Below, piece by piece: positions 50,812 through 64,000 of a stretch of DNA of 64,000 nucleotides. Source of the DNA: the human T2T-CHM13v2.0 reference genome, Homo sapiens. Numbering within the stretch: position 1 is the first letter of the stretch; every line of letters starts with the position of its first letter. A model generated the notes under the pieces. It saw nothing but the letters and a program-made list of their open reading frames with translations. It was not told the origin of the DNA and ran no database searches. The stretch lies in NCBI RefSeq assembly GCF_009914755.1, contig NC_060930.1, one strand, 5' to 3'. The translations under genes were made by a program, and so were the position numbers.

Positions 50812-52194
50812 ATATGCTATTTTAATATTGTCTCATACTTGAGAGTTATTTCATTCAGCATGTAATTTTACTACCTCAGAAGTATTTTTAATTTTCTTAA
50901 GGGAAGTTTAGTAATATATAATTACACAAAGAACTAATTATCAAGAGCAGTTACACTTCATTACCTTCTGTTGACAGTCTTTGGGTAATTTTAACTTTTT
51001 ACATGGACCTCCCCTGTAGGGTATTTAAGGGAAGCAAAAAGATCAAGAAAACAGACACATACTGTTTCCTACTTGCTAGGAGTTTAGAGAAAAGACAGTC
51101 TTTTAAAAAATGACCAAATCTAAGGATACTTTCTTTATCCACTCTGTCCTGTTTTCTAATGCAATGGATAAACTCACGGTGCTATAAGACGAAAGTCTTT
51201 TCTTGTTAAGAAATTTGAAAATAAGGATTTATTCTGGCAAAACATACTTTTTGTTCTCTCTTTCTACAACAATCTTCATATAAAAAACTTCTTTCAAATA
51301 TCCAAATTACTTCTCTTTAGTATAATCTGAGTTTATATCTTTGCATCTGATCTTCAGCAATAATACAAAAAGAAAAATCAAGCTGAATATCTCAATTTCC
51401 TTTTAGAACCAGTGACCAAAATTTTAACCAATTTTTTTTTCTGTCTCCTCTGGATACTTTTAAAATTGTTTGTATCCTTCATGATAATTTAGGACTCAGC
51501 AATAAAAAGCACTCGATCATTGTGGATTTAGGTCATAATCTCATAATTGTTTCTATAATAGTAGCATTGACACAGAAAGGCAACATGTTCTATTTCACTG
51601 ACACAAGCACAGCTAATGAGACTCCCCTGTCCAGACCAGTGCAGGGCCTAAAAAAACTGGCACTTTTAAAGAGGGGATTGGTCATCCAAAAATGAGCCTC
51701 TACCTTTCTTTCACAGTAAAGGTAACATATGTTAACTTTCAATATTTGAAATGATCAAATTTCATGTTTGTGACATGAACCTTTGTAAAGCTGTGATAAA
51801 TTACCCTTGTCATACTAGTATTAACTTTTGAAGGATAATTGTCCTAGGAAAGAAACCAAATGAAAAAAATTATCATCTCTGAGAGACAAACTGAGAGTTT
51901 CTACATAAGCTGTTACTAATGACCATTAGTCAGGGAGACAGCTTACTTACAAGTCAGAGTTTCATTATAGCAATAAAGCATTTGTGAAGATTTATAGCAC
52001 CAATATTGATTCCAACATTAGGTGTAAAGTATTGGTCACGAAATCCTTGACTAAAATTAACCCACAACATATTCATAAGGTTAACTCCTAGCACTATCAG
52101 GTAAACAAATGAAAAATATACCTGCCTCAAAATTTATCAAATTAGGTGAATACGCCAAAATGTGTAAATTCAAAATGCTAGTCTGAGCATCTGG

Positions 52195-52390
52195 GAGTGG
52201 TTCTAATACAATGATTCCCAAACTAAAGTCCCCAAACCACCAGGAACAGCATGACTTTGGCCCTTATTAGGAACGCAAATTCTCAAGCCCCACCTCAGAC
52301 TTACTAATTAGAAACTCTGGGTAACAGGTTCAGCAACCTGAGCTTTAACAAGTTCTCCAGATATTCTTGAGGAAAGTCCTTGAACACTGC
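52195..52390. mobile_element. MER5A-like hAT element
   Basis: gcaaattctcaagccccacctcagacttact...agaaactctgg...tttaacaag. Confidence 0.7.
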
Positions 52391-52781
52391 TTAAAGTACT
52401 TTTTCCTTGTCTTCTGCAAATGGACCTTTACCATAGTGACTATGCACAGGGTAAAGGGATATATCCTGACTTTTTTTTTTTTAGAAAAATACTTTTTTAA
52501 AGAGTAGTTTTAGGTTCACAACAAAATTAAACAGAAGTTACAGAGATTTCCCATATTATCCCTGATCCTAAACACGCACAGCCTCCCCTATTATCAACAC
52601 CTCTGAAAAGAGTGCCATATTAGTTCCAAGTGATGAACCTACATTGAACATCATTATCACCCCAAGTCCATAGCATACATTACTGTTCACTCTTGGTGTT
52701 GTACATTCTATGGGTTTGGACAAATGTATAATGACATGAATCCACCATTTTAGTATCATACGGAGTATTTTCACTGTCCTA

Positions 52782-53070
<289 letters not shown>

Positions 53071-55001
53071 ACTAAACACCAATGATCTTTTTTACTGTCT
53101 TCATAGCTTTGCCTTTTGTAGAATGTCAGAGAGCTGAAAACATGCCTTTTCAGACTGGTTTCACTTAGTAATATGCATTTAAGATTCCTTCACGCCTTTT
53201 CATGGATTGATATTGCATTTCCTTTTAGCACGGAATAATATCTGCATATCTTTGTTGGTGAGGTATCAAAGTTTTTAGCCCATTTTTAATTGGGTTGTTT
53301 TATTATTTTTTAGTTCTAAGAGTTCTTTGTATATTTTGGACAACAGTCCTTTATCAGATGTGGTTTTTGCAAATATTGTCTTCCAGTGTGTGGCACATCT
53401 TACTCTTTTTCTTGACACTGTCTTTCATGGAGCAGAAGTTTTTAATTTTAATAAAGTCCAGCTCTTCAATTATTTCTTCCATGGATCACACCTCTGATGT
53501 TGTATCTAAAAAGTCACCATCATATCCAAGGTCATTTAGGTTTTCTCCTATGTTACCTTCCAGGATGTTTATAGTTTTGCATTTTACATTTAGGTCTGTG
53601 ATCCATTTTGAGTTAATATTTGTAAAGGGTGTAAGGTCTGTGTCCAGATTAATTTTTTTGGTGTATGCACGTCCAGTTGTTCCAGCACCATTTGTTCAAA
53701 AGATTATCTTTGCTCCTTTATTATAGATCAGGTTATATTAATGTGGGTTGATTTCTGGGCTCTCTATTCTGTTCCACTGATCTATTTGTCTATTCTTTTG
53801 CCAATACCACAATATCTTGATTACTGTAGTATTACAGTAGGTTTTAAAGTGGGATAGGTCAGTCCTTCAACTTTGTTCTTCTTCAACAATATTGTGTTGG
53901 CTATTCTGGGTCTTTTACCTGATTAGAATCAGTTTGTCAATATCCACAGTTACTTGCTGAAATACTGAATACTATTGCAATGAATCTATAGATCATGTTG
54001 GAAAGAACTGACATATTCACAGTATTGAACCTTCTTATCCATGAACATGGAACATCTCTCCATTTATTAGTTGTTTGATTTCTTTCATAAGAGTTTTATA
54101 GTTTTCCTCATATAGATCTTAGAGACATTTTGTTAAGTTTATACCTAAGTATTTCATTTTAGGGAGTGCTGATGTTAATGGCATTGTGTTTTTAATTTCA
54201 AATTCTGCTTGTTCATTGCTAGTATATCAGAAAGCCACTGACTTTTGTACATTAACCATTTTTTCTTGCAACCTTGCTATAATTGCTTATTAGTTCCAGG
54301 AGTTTTTTTTTTTTGTCGATTCTTTTGGATTTTCTACAATAGATGGTCATATAATCTGGGAACAAAGAAGTCTTATTGCTCCATCCCAAATCTGTATACC
54401 TTTCATCTCCGTTTCTTGTCTTACTGCATTAGCTAGAACTTCCAGTAGGATGGTGAAAAGCAGTAGTGAGAGGAGACACTTTGCCTTCCTCCTGATCTTA
54501 CTGGGAAAGCTTCTAGCTTTTTCACCATTAAATATGATGTTAGCTATTAAGTTTTTTGTACATATTCTTCATCAAGTTGATGAAGTTCCCCATCTATTCT
54601 TAGTTCACTGATAATTTTTGTCATGAATGGGTGTTGGATTTCATCAAAAGTTTTTCTTTTATCTACTGATATGATTTTTCTCTTTTAGCTTATTGATGTG
54701 GCAGATTACATTAATTGATTTTCAAATGTTGAACCAGCTTTGCATACCTGGGTAAATCCCCTTGGTCATGGTTTATAATTCTTTTTATACATTGTTGGAT
54801 TTAATTTGCTAATATTTCATCGAGGATTTTTCAACTATGTTCATGAGAGATATTGGTCTGTAATTTCCTTTTCTTTTTTAATTTTAAATAAAATCTACTG
54901 AGATGTTATTTATATATAATATATTACATTCATTTAAGGTGTAGATTTTATGTGTCTTGACAGTTATATGCAACATCAATTACTGTCACAAGCAAGGTAC
55001 A

Positions 55002-55281
55002 TGTCAGTCCATTTTCTGCTGCTATCATGGAATACCACACACCAGATAACTTGTAAAGAAAGATGTATTTGGCTCACAGTTCTTGTGGCTGGAAGTCCAA
55101 GATCAAGGGGCTGTATCTAATAAGGGCCTTCTTGCTGCATCATAACATGTCAGAAGGTATCACGTGGTGAGAGAGTGCATGCCTGACAAAAGTCACCTCT
55201 TAAAAGTTTCACCTCTTAATACTATCACAATGCCAATTAAATTCCAATATGAGTTTTGGAGGGAGCATTAAAACCACAGCA
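55002..55281 (-). mobile_element. MST-type MaLR solo LTR, internally deleted
   Basis: TG...CA termini, a 5-bp TSD gtaca on both sides, and ggctcacagttct...ggctggaagtccaagatcaagg. Confidence 0.85.
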
Positions 55282-56324
55282 GTACAGAACATTTTTATTA
55301 CTCTCAAAAAATTTCTTGTGTCCCTTTGCAGTTCATTCCTTCCTCCACTCTGAACCATGGGTAACCACTAGTCTCTTTTCTGTCACTGTAAGTTAGTTTG
55401 CATTTTCTAAAATTTTATGTAAATAGCCATACATTACACACTCTCTTTTCTTTGGCTTCTTTGAACCTAATGATTTTGAAATTCATTTATGTTATTACAT
55501 AAATGTAACAGTTAATTCCTTTTTATTGTTGAATAGCATTGTATAATATGAATACATCTTTTGTTTATCTATGTACCTATTAATGAATATTTAGTTTCTT
55601 TATGGTTTTTTTTTTCTATTATGAACATTTTTGAACATTCATGTGCTAGTCCTTGTATGGATACTGGTTCTTATTTCTCTTGGGTAAGCATCCAGGATAT
55701 GATCCTAGTGGGTCATAAGTTAGGTGTATGTTTCTTTTTAAGGAAAACAGTAAATGTAAAATGGTAAAATCATTTGACGTTTTACCATTTTACATTTCTA
55801 TCAGATGTGTATAGGAGTTCCAGTTACTGTACATCTTCACTAATACTTGATACCATCAGTAGTTTTAATTTTAGTTGAGTCTAGTAGGTCCAAGAGGTAT
55901 CTCACTGTGATTTTAGTTTACATTTCCTCAGTAACTGATGACATTGATAATTTTTATATGCTTATTAGCCATTTTATATCTTCTTTTGTAGTGTCTGTTC
56001 AAATCTTTTGTACATTATAAAAATCGAGTTGTCTTCATTACTGAGTTCTTTTATTTGTTCTTGATAGGCATCCCTAAAACATAAATACATATACTTTCTC
56101 CTCCTCTGTGACTTGTATTTTCATTCTTAATGATGTCTTTTGAGGAGCATGAGTAATTTTGATGAAGTCCAATTTGTTAACTTTCTCTTTTATAGTTCAT
56201 GTTTTCTGTATTTTAATTAAGAAATCTTTGCCTAGTCCTTGTTTTCTTCTAGAAGCTTTTTAGTTTTAACTTTTATATTTAGGCCAATAATTCTTTTGAT
56301 TTCACTTCTAGGCCTGCTGTGAGG

Positions 56325-57172
<848 letters not shown>

Positions 57173-57652
57173 ATTGAGATAAAGTTCAAAGTTCATTTCT
57201 TTCCCATGTGGATATCCAGTTGTTCTACTATAATTTGTTGAAGATTTTTTTTTTTTACCCCATAGCTGGCATTACGAGTTCTACTTTCTTTTCCAGATGA
57301 ATATTATTCATGGTTATATTTCAAAAGCAAACTGAATTTTTTAAGTCAAGCCTACAGCAAAAGGTTATTAAAAATACATAAATGAAAAATTCAAATCATG
57401 GTATTAATTCTAATAATGTACTTTCTGTAGTTTGCATTTTCAATTTGCAATTGCAATAGTTAATAAAATCTTCGGACATTAATGTTGGAAGACATCTAAG
57501 ACATTAGCTAATTTACCTCAGTTGTTTTATGAATATTGAAGCAGAGGGCTAGGAGACTGAATGAATGGTTCAGGACATAATACAAGATACAGGCAGATCT
57601 GAGAATATTAGCTATTTAATAGCCTGGCTTGGTAATCTAATAGTCAAATTAA

Positions 57653-57941
57653 TTTTTTTTGAGATGGAGTCTCACTCTGTTGCCCAGGCTGGAGTGCAGT
57701 GGCACAATCTCAGCTCACTGCAACCTCCACCTCCTGGTTCAAGCAATTCTCTTGCCTCAGCCTCCTGAGTAGCTGGGATAACAGGTGCCCACCACCACAC
57801 CCAGCTAATTTTTGTATTTTTAGTAGAGATGGGGTTTCACCATCTTGGCCAGGCTGGTCTCGAACCCCTGACTTCAAGTGATCCATCCCCCTTGGCATCC
57901 CAAAGTGCTGGGATTACAGGCATGAGCCATTGCGCCTGGCC
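57653..57941 (-). mobile_element. AluS (Sx-like) whose apparent 3' TSD copy lies 2.8 kb away
   Basis: Dimeric Alu. The head-side flank actttccttttctt matches 54862-54875, not the sequence beside its tail. Confidence 0.92.
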
Positions 57942-60900
57942 ACTTTCCTTTTCTTGTAATGTCTTTGGTTTTGAGGTTAAGGTAATGCTGGCCTCATAAA
58001 AGGAGTTAAGAAGAATCTTCTCTATTTCTATCTTCTGGAAGAGATTGTAAAGAATTGGTATAATTTCTCACTTAAATGCTTGGTAGAATTCACCAGTAAA
58101 CCCATGTGGGCCTGATGGTTTTTGTTTTCAAAGGTTATTAATTATTGACTAAGTATCTTTAATAGATAGAGGCCTATCCAGGTTGTCTATTTCTTCTTGT
58201 ATGAGTTTAGATAGACTGTATCTTTCAAGGAGTTGGTCCATTTCATTTGATTATCAAATTTGTGGGCATACAGCTGTTCATAATATTCTCTTATCTTTTT
58301 AACATCCATAAGATCTGTAGTGGTCTCCCCTCTTTAATTTCTGTTATCAGTAATTTGTGTCCTCTTTTTTTTCTTTGTCTGGCTAGAGACTTATTGATTT
58401 TATTGATCTTTTCAAAGAACCAGCTTTTGGTTTCATCATTTTTTTCTATTGATTTCCTGTTTTCAATTTCATTGATTTACGCTCTAATTCTTATTATTTA
58501 TTTTCTTCCATTTACTTTGAATAATTTTCTTTTTCTTGTTTCCCAAGGTGGAAGCTTAGGTGACTGATTTTAGATCTTTCTTCTTTTCTAGTATATGCAT
58601 TCGATACTACAAATTTCCGTATAAGCACTGCTTTCAATGCATCCTATACATTTTGATAAGGTGTATTTTCAGCATCATTTAGTTCAAAATATTCTTACAT
58701 TTCTCTTGAGCTTTCTTCTTTGACCCATGTGTTATTTAGAAGTGTGTTTAATCTCCACCTATTCTGAGATTTTCCAGTTACTTTTGTTATTATTTTTAGT
58801 TTAATTCCATTGTGGTCTGAGAGCAGATGGTTGTATGATTCCTATTATTTTAAATTTGTCAAGATGTGTTTTATGGTTCAGATTGTGGTCTCTACTGGTG
58901 AATGTTCTATGCAAGCTTGAGAAGAATGTGCATTCTGCTCTTTTTAGGTCAAGTAGTCTATATAGATATATGTCCATTATATCTAGTTGATGGTGTTGTT
59001 GAGTTCAACTTCATCTGTACTGATTTTCTGCCTCCTGAATCTGTCCATTACTGATAGAGGAGGTTGAAGATCCAAATCTACCAGTAGATTCATCTATTTC
59101 TCCTTGCAGTTCTAGCAGTTTTTGCCACACATATTTGTTGATTGTCTGCTGTTAGGTGCATATGCATTAAGGACTGTTGCATCTGTTTGAAAAAATTGAC
59201 CCCTTTATCATCTGCCATGTCTGGAAATTAATATAACTACTCTTGCTTTATTTTGATTAGTGTTAGCATGGTGTATTTTTCTCCATCTCTCTACTCTTAA
59301 TTTATGTGTGTCTTTATATTTAAAGTAGATTTCCTATAGACAACATATAGTTGGGTCTTGTTTTTAGATCTACTCTGGTAATCTCTGTCTTAATTGATGC
59401 ATTTAGACCATTGAGGTTAAAGTGATTTTTGGTATAGCTGGATTAGTATCTACCATATTTGTTACTATTTTCTATTTATTGCCTTTGTTCTTTGTTCCTA
59501 TTTTTGTCTTCCACTCTTTTCTACCCTTTGTGGTTTTAAATGAGCACTTTATAAGATTCCATTTTCTCTCCTTTCTTAGCATATCAATTACACTTCTTTT
59601 TTACTTTTTTAGTGGTTCCCATAGAGTTTGCTATGTACATTTACAACTAATCCAAGGCCACTTTCAAATAACACCATAATGCTTCATTGATAGTGTGAGT
59701 ATAACAACAAAACATCTGAATTCCTCCCTACTATCCCTTGTATTACTGCTGTCATTCATTTCACCTATATATAAGCATATAGGTATATGCTTTATAAATA
59801 CATAAACATATATTATTGCTATCATTATTTTGAACAAACTGTTGTCTGTCAGATCAACTAAGAATCAGGGAAATAAAAGTTTTTATTTTACCTTCACTCA
59901 CTCTTCTTTTGATATTCTTCCTTTCTTTATGTAAACCCAAGTTTATGACCCATATAATTTTCCTTCTCCCTACAAAACTTCTTTTAGCATTTTTTGCAAA
60001 TGCAGATCTACTGGCAATAAATTCTTTCCAGTTGTGTTTGACTGAGAAAGTCTTCTCTTTCACTTTTAAAGGACTATTTCACAGGGTAAAGAATTCTAGG
60101 TTAAGTGGGTTGTCTCAGCACTAAACATTTCACTCCATTCACTTCTTGTTTGCATGGTTTGTGAAGTGAAGTCATACAAAATTCTTATTTTTGCTCCTCC
60201 ACAGACAAGGTGTTTTCTCCCTCTGGCTTTTTCATGATTTATTTATTCATCTTTGATTTTCAATAGTTTGAAAATTATATGCCTTAAGGTAGTTTCGGGG
60301 GCATTTCCTACTTGGTGTTCTCTGAGCTTCCTGGATATGTGGTTTGATGTCTGACATTAATTTGGGAAAATTCTCTGTCGTTATTATTTCAAATATTTTG
60401 TCCCTTTCTCTCTTTTCCTTCTGGTATTCCATTATACATATATGACACCTTTTGTTGCTGTCCCACAGTCTTATTCTGTTCTGATGTTTGTTTTGTTTTT
60501 AGTTGTTTGTGTTGTCCCACAGTCTTATTCTGTTCTGCCGTTTTTGTCTTGTTTTTAGTCTTTGTTCTCTTTGCTTTGTAGTTTTGGAGGTTTCTATTGA
60601 TATATCTGTAAGCTTAAAGATTGTTTCCTCAGCCATGTCCTGTTTGCTAATAATCCCAAAGTGGTTTTGCCCTCTAGTACTTCTTTTTAGTTCTTTTTTA
60701 GGATTTCCATCTCTCTGCTTACATTGCCTATCTGTTCTTGCATGCTGCCTATTTTATCCATTGGAGCCCTTAGCCTATTAATCATAATTGCTTTAAATCC
60801 CCAGTCTGATCATTCCTTCATCCCTGCCATGTCGGGTTCTGATGCTTGCTCTGTCTTTTTGAATGTTTTTCTGTCATTTAGTATGACTTGTAATTTTTTC

Positions 60901-61660
60901 TTGATAGCTGTACATGATGTACCAGGTAAAAGGAACTGCTGTAAATAGGTCTTTATTAATGTAGTGTTAAGGTGCGGAGAGGGGAAGTGTTCCATAGTCC
61001 TGTGTTTAGGTCTCACTTTTTAGTGAGTCTATGCCTCTGGACTGTGAACTTCACAAATGCTTCTTGGTTTTTCCTCTTGGACAAAATAGATGTAGTGGGC
61101 TGGAGTTGGGTATTTCTCTTGCCCCAGTCCAGTTAGGCTCTGATAAAATCTCAGCACATCAGGTAAAGCTCTGGTTAAGTAGTTGCTCCTTCTTAAGGAC
61201 AAGAGTGCTCTGGCATATTTCAAAATGGTTCCTTTTCTCCTCCCCGTCCTGGAAGCACAAGGAGATTTTTCCCTAATATTTACTATAGGAGCCTAGTTGA
61301 GCTCCTGGAGGTAAAACAAAAGTGTGGTGCTCTCTATGACTGGGTTCCCTTGGAGTTTTTAATTCTCAGACTTGGCCACACTGAGCATCCAACAATTCAT
61401 TAATCACAGTTCAGATCTTCCTACTTCAACAGTAGTTCCTATGGCAGCTTCCACTCGTGAGTCTCTGTTCCAGTAATCCATGACTCCTTGTATTTGTCTG
61501 TCTCTCCAATCTTGGGGGCAGAGGTTTGCCCTATGTCCTCCCCTCTCTTGTGGATCCCAGAAGAGCTGTTGATTTTTCAGTCTGTTCAGCTTTGTACTTA
61601 TTTTTAGGACATATTGGTGACTTCTAAGCTCCTTCCATGTGGAATTGGAAACCGGAAGTC

Positions 61661-63960
61661 AGATTTACCTACCCAGACTTTTCAAGGACACTGACTCTAA
61701 GCTCATTCTACTCCTTGGGGACCCAAAATGTCACTATATGTTTTAGCTATCTGAGTGGAGGCTTTATGGGGATTAAGTTACAAAAGGAAATTAGATCCAG
61801 TGAATGCACAAGACTATCTGTGGTTATATCCTCAGTTTTCTGAATGCATAGTTTGAGTAGATATACTTCAAAACTAGCAGAATCCACACTGTTTTTCTGA
61901 CTTCTGCAAAGATACGGGGGTAGAAATTCCATCACATTCTCAGTATACTCGCATATTTGTTTTATGAAAAGATGTATGTATTTGAGAGGTTAACAGTAGA
62001 TTATAAACTTAATCAGATGATAACTGCTAATGTGCAGGTTTCCAGATATATCCTCATTTACCAGAAGAATATCAATGTAGCTCCTGGTACCTCATAGGCA
62101 GCTACAGAACTAGGTAATGATTTATCTCTACCTCAATAAACAGAAACCATCAGAAGTAGTTTTCTGTCATCTAGCAGAGATGCCATTAAAGCCTCACTGT
62201 CTTATTTCAGGGATATCAACCTCTTTGGCTGTCATACTCCCATAGGATATCATTTTGATGACATAAGGCTGAATGTATTTAGTGGGCAAGAACTGACGGT
62301 ATCTTAGCTGCCTTGATAAGTCACATGCATGTCAAAGTATGGGAGAATCCATGAAAATTCAGAGACCAGTCACCTCAATGAAGTTTCTAAGGGCCCCAAA
62401 GACTGTGCATTTCAGAGAAATCCTTGCCGTGTAAAAGAGAAATTTTGTACCTTGCACTCTTTGTAACTAAAAAGAGGCAGAAGTCTGCTAAGCTGCTTTG
62501 GTGGCAACATAGAGGACATGTGTATGTGCTGCTCTAAGCAAAGCATCTGGTATAGTGTCACATATGAGTCAGGCTCAGATTAAGGGAAGACTCTGCAACT
62601 TCTCCAAACTGATGCCACGTGGGGCTCTGTTTCAGCAGATCTAAAGGTACTTAAAGTGTGTACAGCAGATTCAAATGCTGTAGAGTACCTCTGGTACACT
62701 CCAATACAGGCCTCCAGTGCTTTGGAGTAGGGCTATGTCTTCTTCACACATTAGCTAATCTCCTTTGGAAAAAATGCTCTTGGTTTACTTTTACCTCAGT
62801 TTACCTTGGTTTATTTTTACCTACCTTTTACTTTTAGAGACTTAAATTTTGACCAAAGAACATCAAGTGATCATCAGACCTAAAGTGGGTGTTATCTAAT
62901 GTACCAAATAATAAAGTTGAACAAGTGCAATCATACTCCATTATCAAAAGAAGTAGTCTATAAGAGATAAGCCTCAAGCAGGTTGTGAATAAGCAGGTAG
63001 ATTGTATGAACAGATGGTTCATATTCCCAGTGCATCTACTCTTTTTCTTTCCCATTTCTCCCTCAAATTATACCCATGGACTCTGGGGGAGTTCCCTATC
63101 ACCAGCTGACTGAGGAAGAAAACATTCAAATTTGGTTTAGAGATGGTTCCTCATGTTGGCACCACCTGGAAGTGAAAAGCTGAATAATATCCCCACAAAG
63201 GGATGGCCTTGACAAAGAAAGAAATCTTCACAGTGAGTCAAATTTCCAGTAATATATCTATCTAATTTTCCACTTTATGGTAAAGGAAAAATGGTAAGAA
63301 ACATTGAACTACACCAAATTATGTGTAGCAACTAACTGTTGGCCTGGATGATAAGGTACTTGAAAAAAATAAAACTGGAGGATTGGTGACAAGGAGTTCT
63401 GGAGAAAAGGTGATGGATGGACCTCTCATAATGGATAGAGAGCATGAGACTATATTCATCCCATTTGAATAAAAACCAAAGGGCATATCCCACAAAAAGG
63501 CTCTTTCTAATCAGAGGGCGGCTAAGAGAACTCTATAGGAAGTGGGTATATATCAGAAATGGAGGTTATGAATAGGCTAAACAGCATAGGCTTCCCATCG
63601 CCAAGGCTTATATGCCTATCATCACTGCTGAGTCCTCAGTTGGCCAACACCCTGGATCAACACTGAGCTTTCATCATAACACGATAGGCCAGGGACACCA
63701 GCCATCCACCAAGTAACAGGTTGAGGATTAATTCCTTTTACTAGGGGTGGTTAGCAGCAATCTGTCTACACTATGATTAGCACCCAGTTACCCTAGATAT
63801 GGATTTACCATCTCTGCCCATATCGTTCTGCCAGTACCACCATCTGTGGACTTACTCACTATCATGATATTCCACACAATATTGCCCACCAAGAAGTGAG
63901 ACAACAGACTCACCCCACAGAATTCATCAATCTTACTGTGTATCCCATCAGCCCAGACAT
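61661..63960 (+). mobile_element. Degraded ERVL-type internal region (pro/pol); a small upstream piece lies at ~52410-52473
   Basis: Remnants resembling RT 'RxTVDYxLNQ' (~61985), RNase H 'VPYxQLTEEE...WFxDGS' (~63090-63150) and the integrase start. Confidence 0.72.
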
Positions 63961-63980
63961 GTTTCGGTTGTTCCACCTAC

Positions 63981-64000
63981 CGAGTAAGTTAATAACACCA
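63981..64000 (-). CDS. SNAP91: 3' end of AP180 exon ~7 (partial): ...GVINLL(E)
   Basis: T GGT GTT ATT AAC TTA CTC G|gtaggt joins exon 8 (AA) to give GVINLLEKFF. Confidence 0.93.

Noticed and set aside
60459-60560. Tandem duplication of tgtcccacagtcttattctgttctg
   Set aside because: A small neutral duplication within decayed L1 ORF1.

Overview
This is primate, almost certainly human, genomic DNA. It lies inside SNAP91 (clathrin assembly protein AP180), which is transcribed on the minus strand. I spliced 14 coding exons by hand, from the 3' end of exon 7 at the right edge to exon 20 at the left. Exon numbers follow my recollection of the canonical transcript. Every splice site seen is GT-AG, and the reading frame is continuous from the end of the ANTH domain into the disordered clathrin/AP2-binding tail. 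The set includes a 6-nt and a 15-nt microexon. The introns are rich in repeats: nested L1s, Alus, MaLR/ERVL and hAT elements. There is no prokaryotic-type system here (no CRISPR, rRNA or tRNA). The best leads are: (1) a candidate alternative last exon in intron 16 that would add 106 in-frame residues; (2) a hairpin in which a U1-like sequence can mask the 5' splice site of the 6-nt microexon, next to a second perfect hairpin; (3) a candidate poison exon with a long AG-free zone; (4) an L1 whose target-site duplication (TSD) copied the exon 12 donor; (5) an L1 3' transduction; (6) a 2.8-kb block of older DNA sitting inside an Alu's TSD pair. Repeat subfamily calls are from memory of consensus sequences, and none of the leads has been checked against a database.
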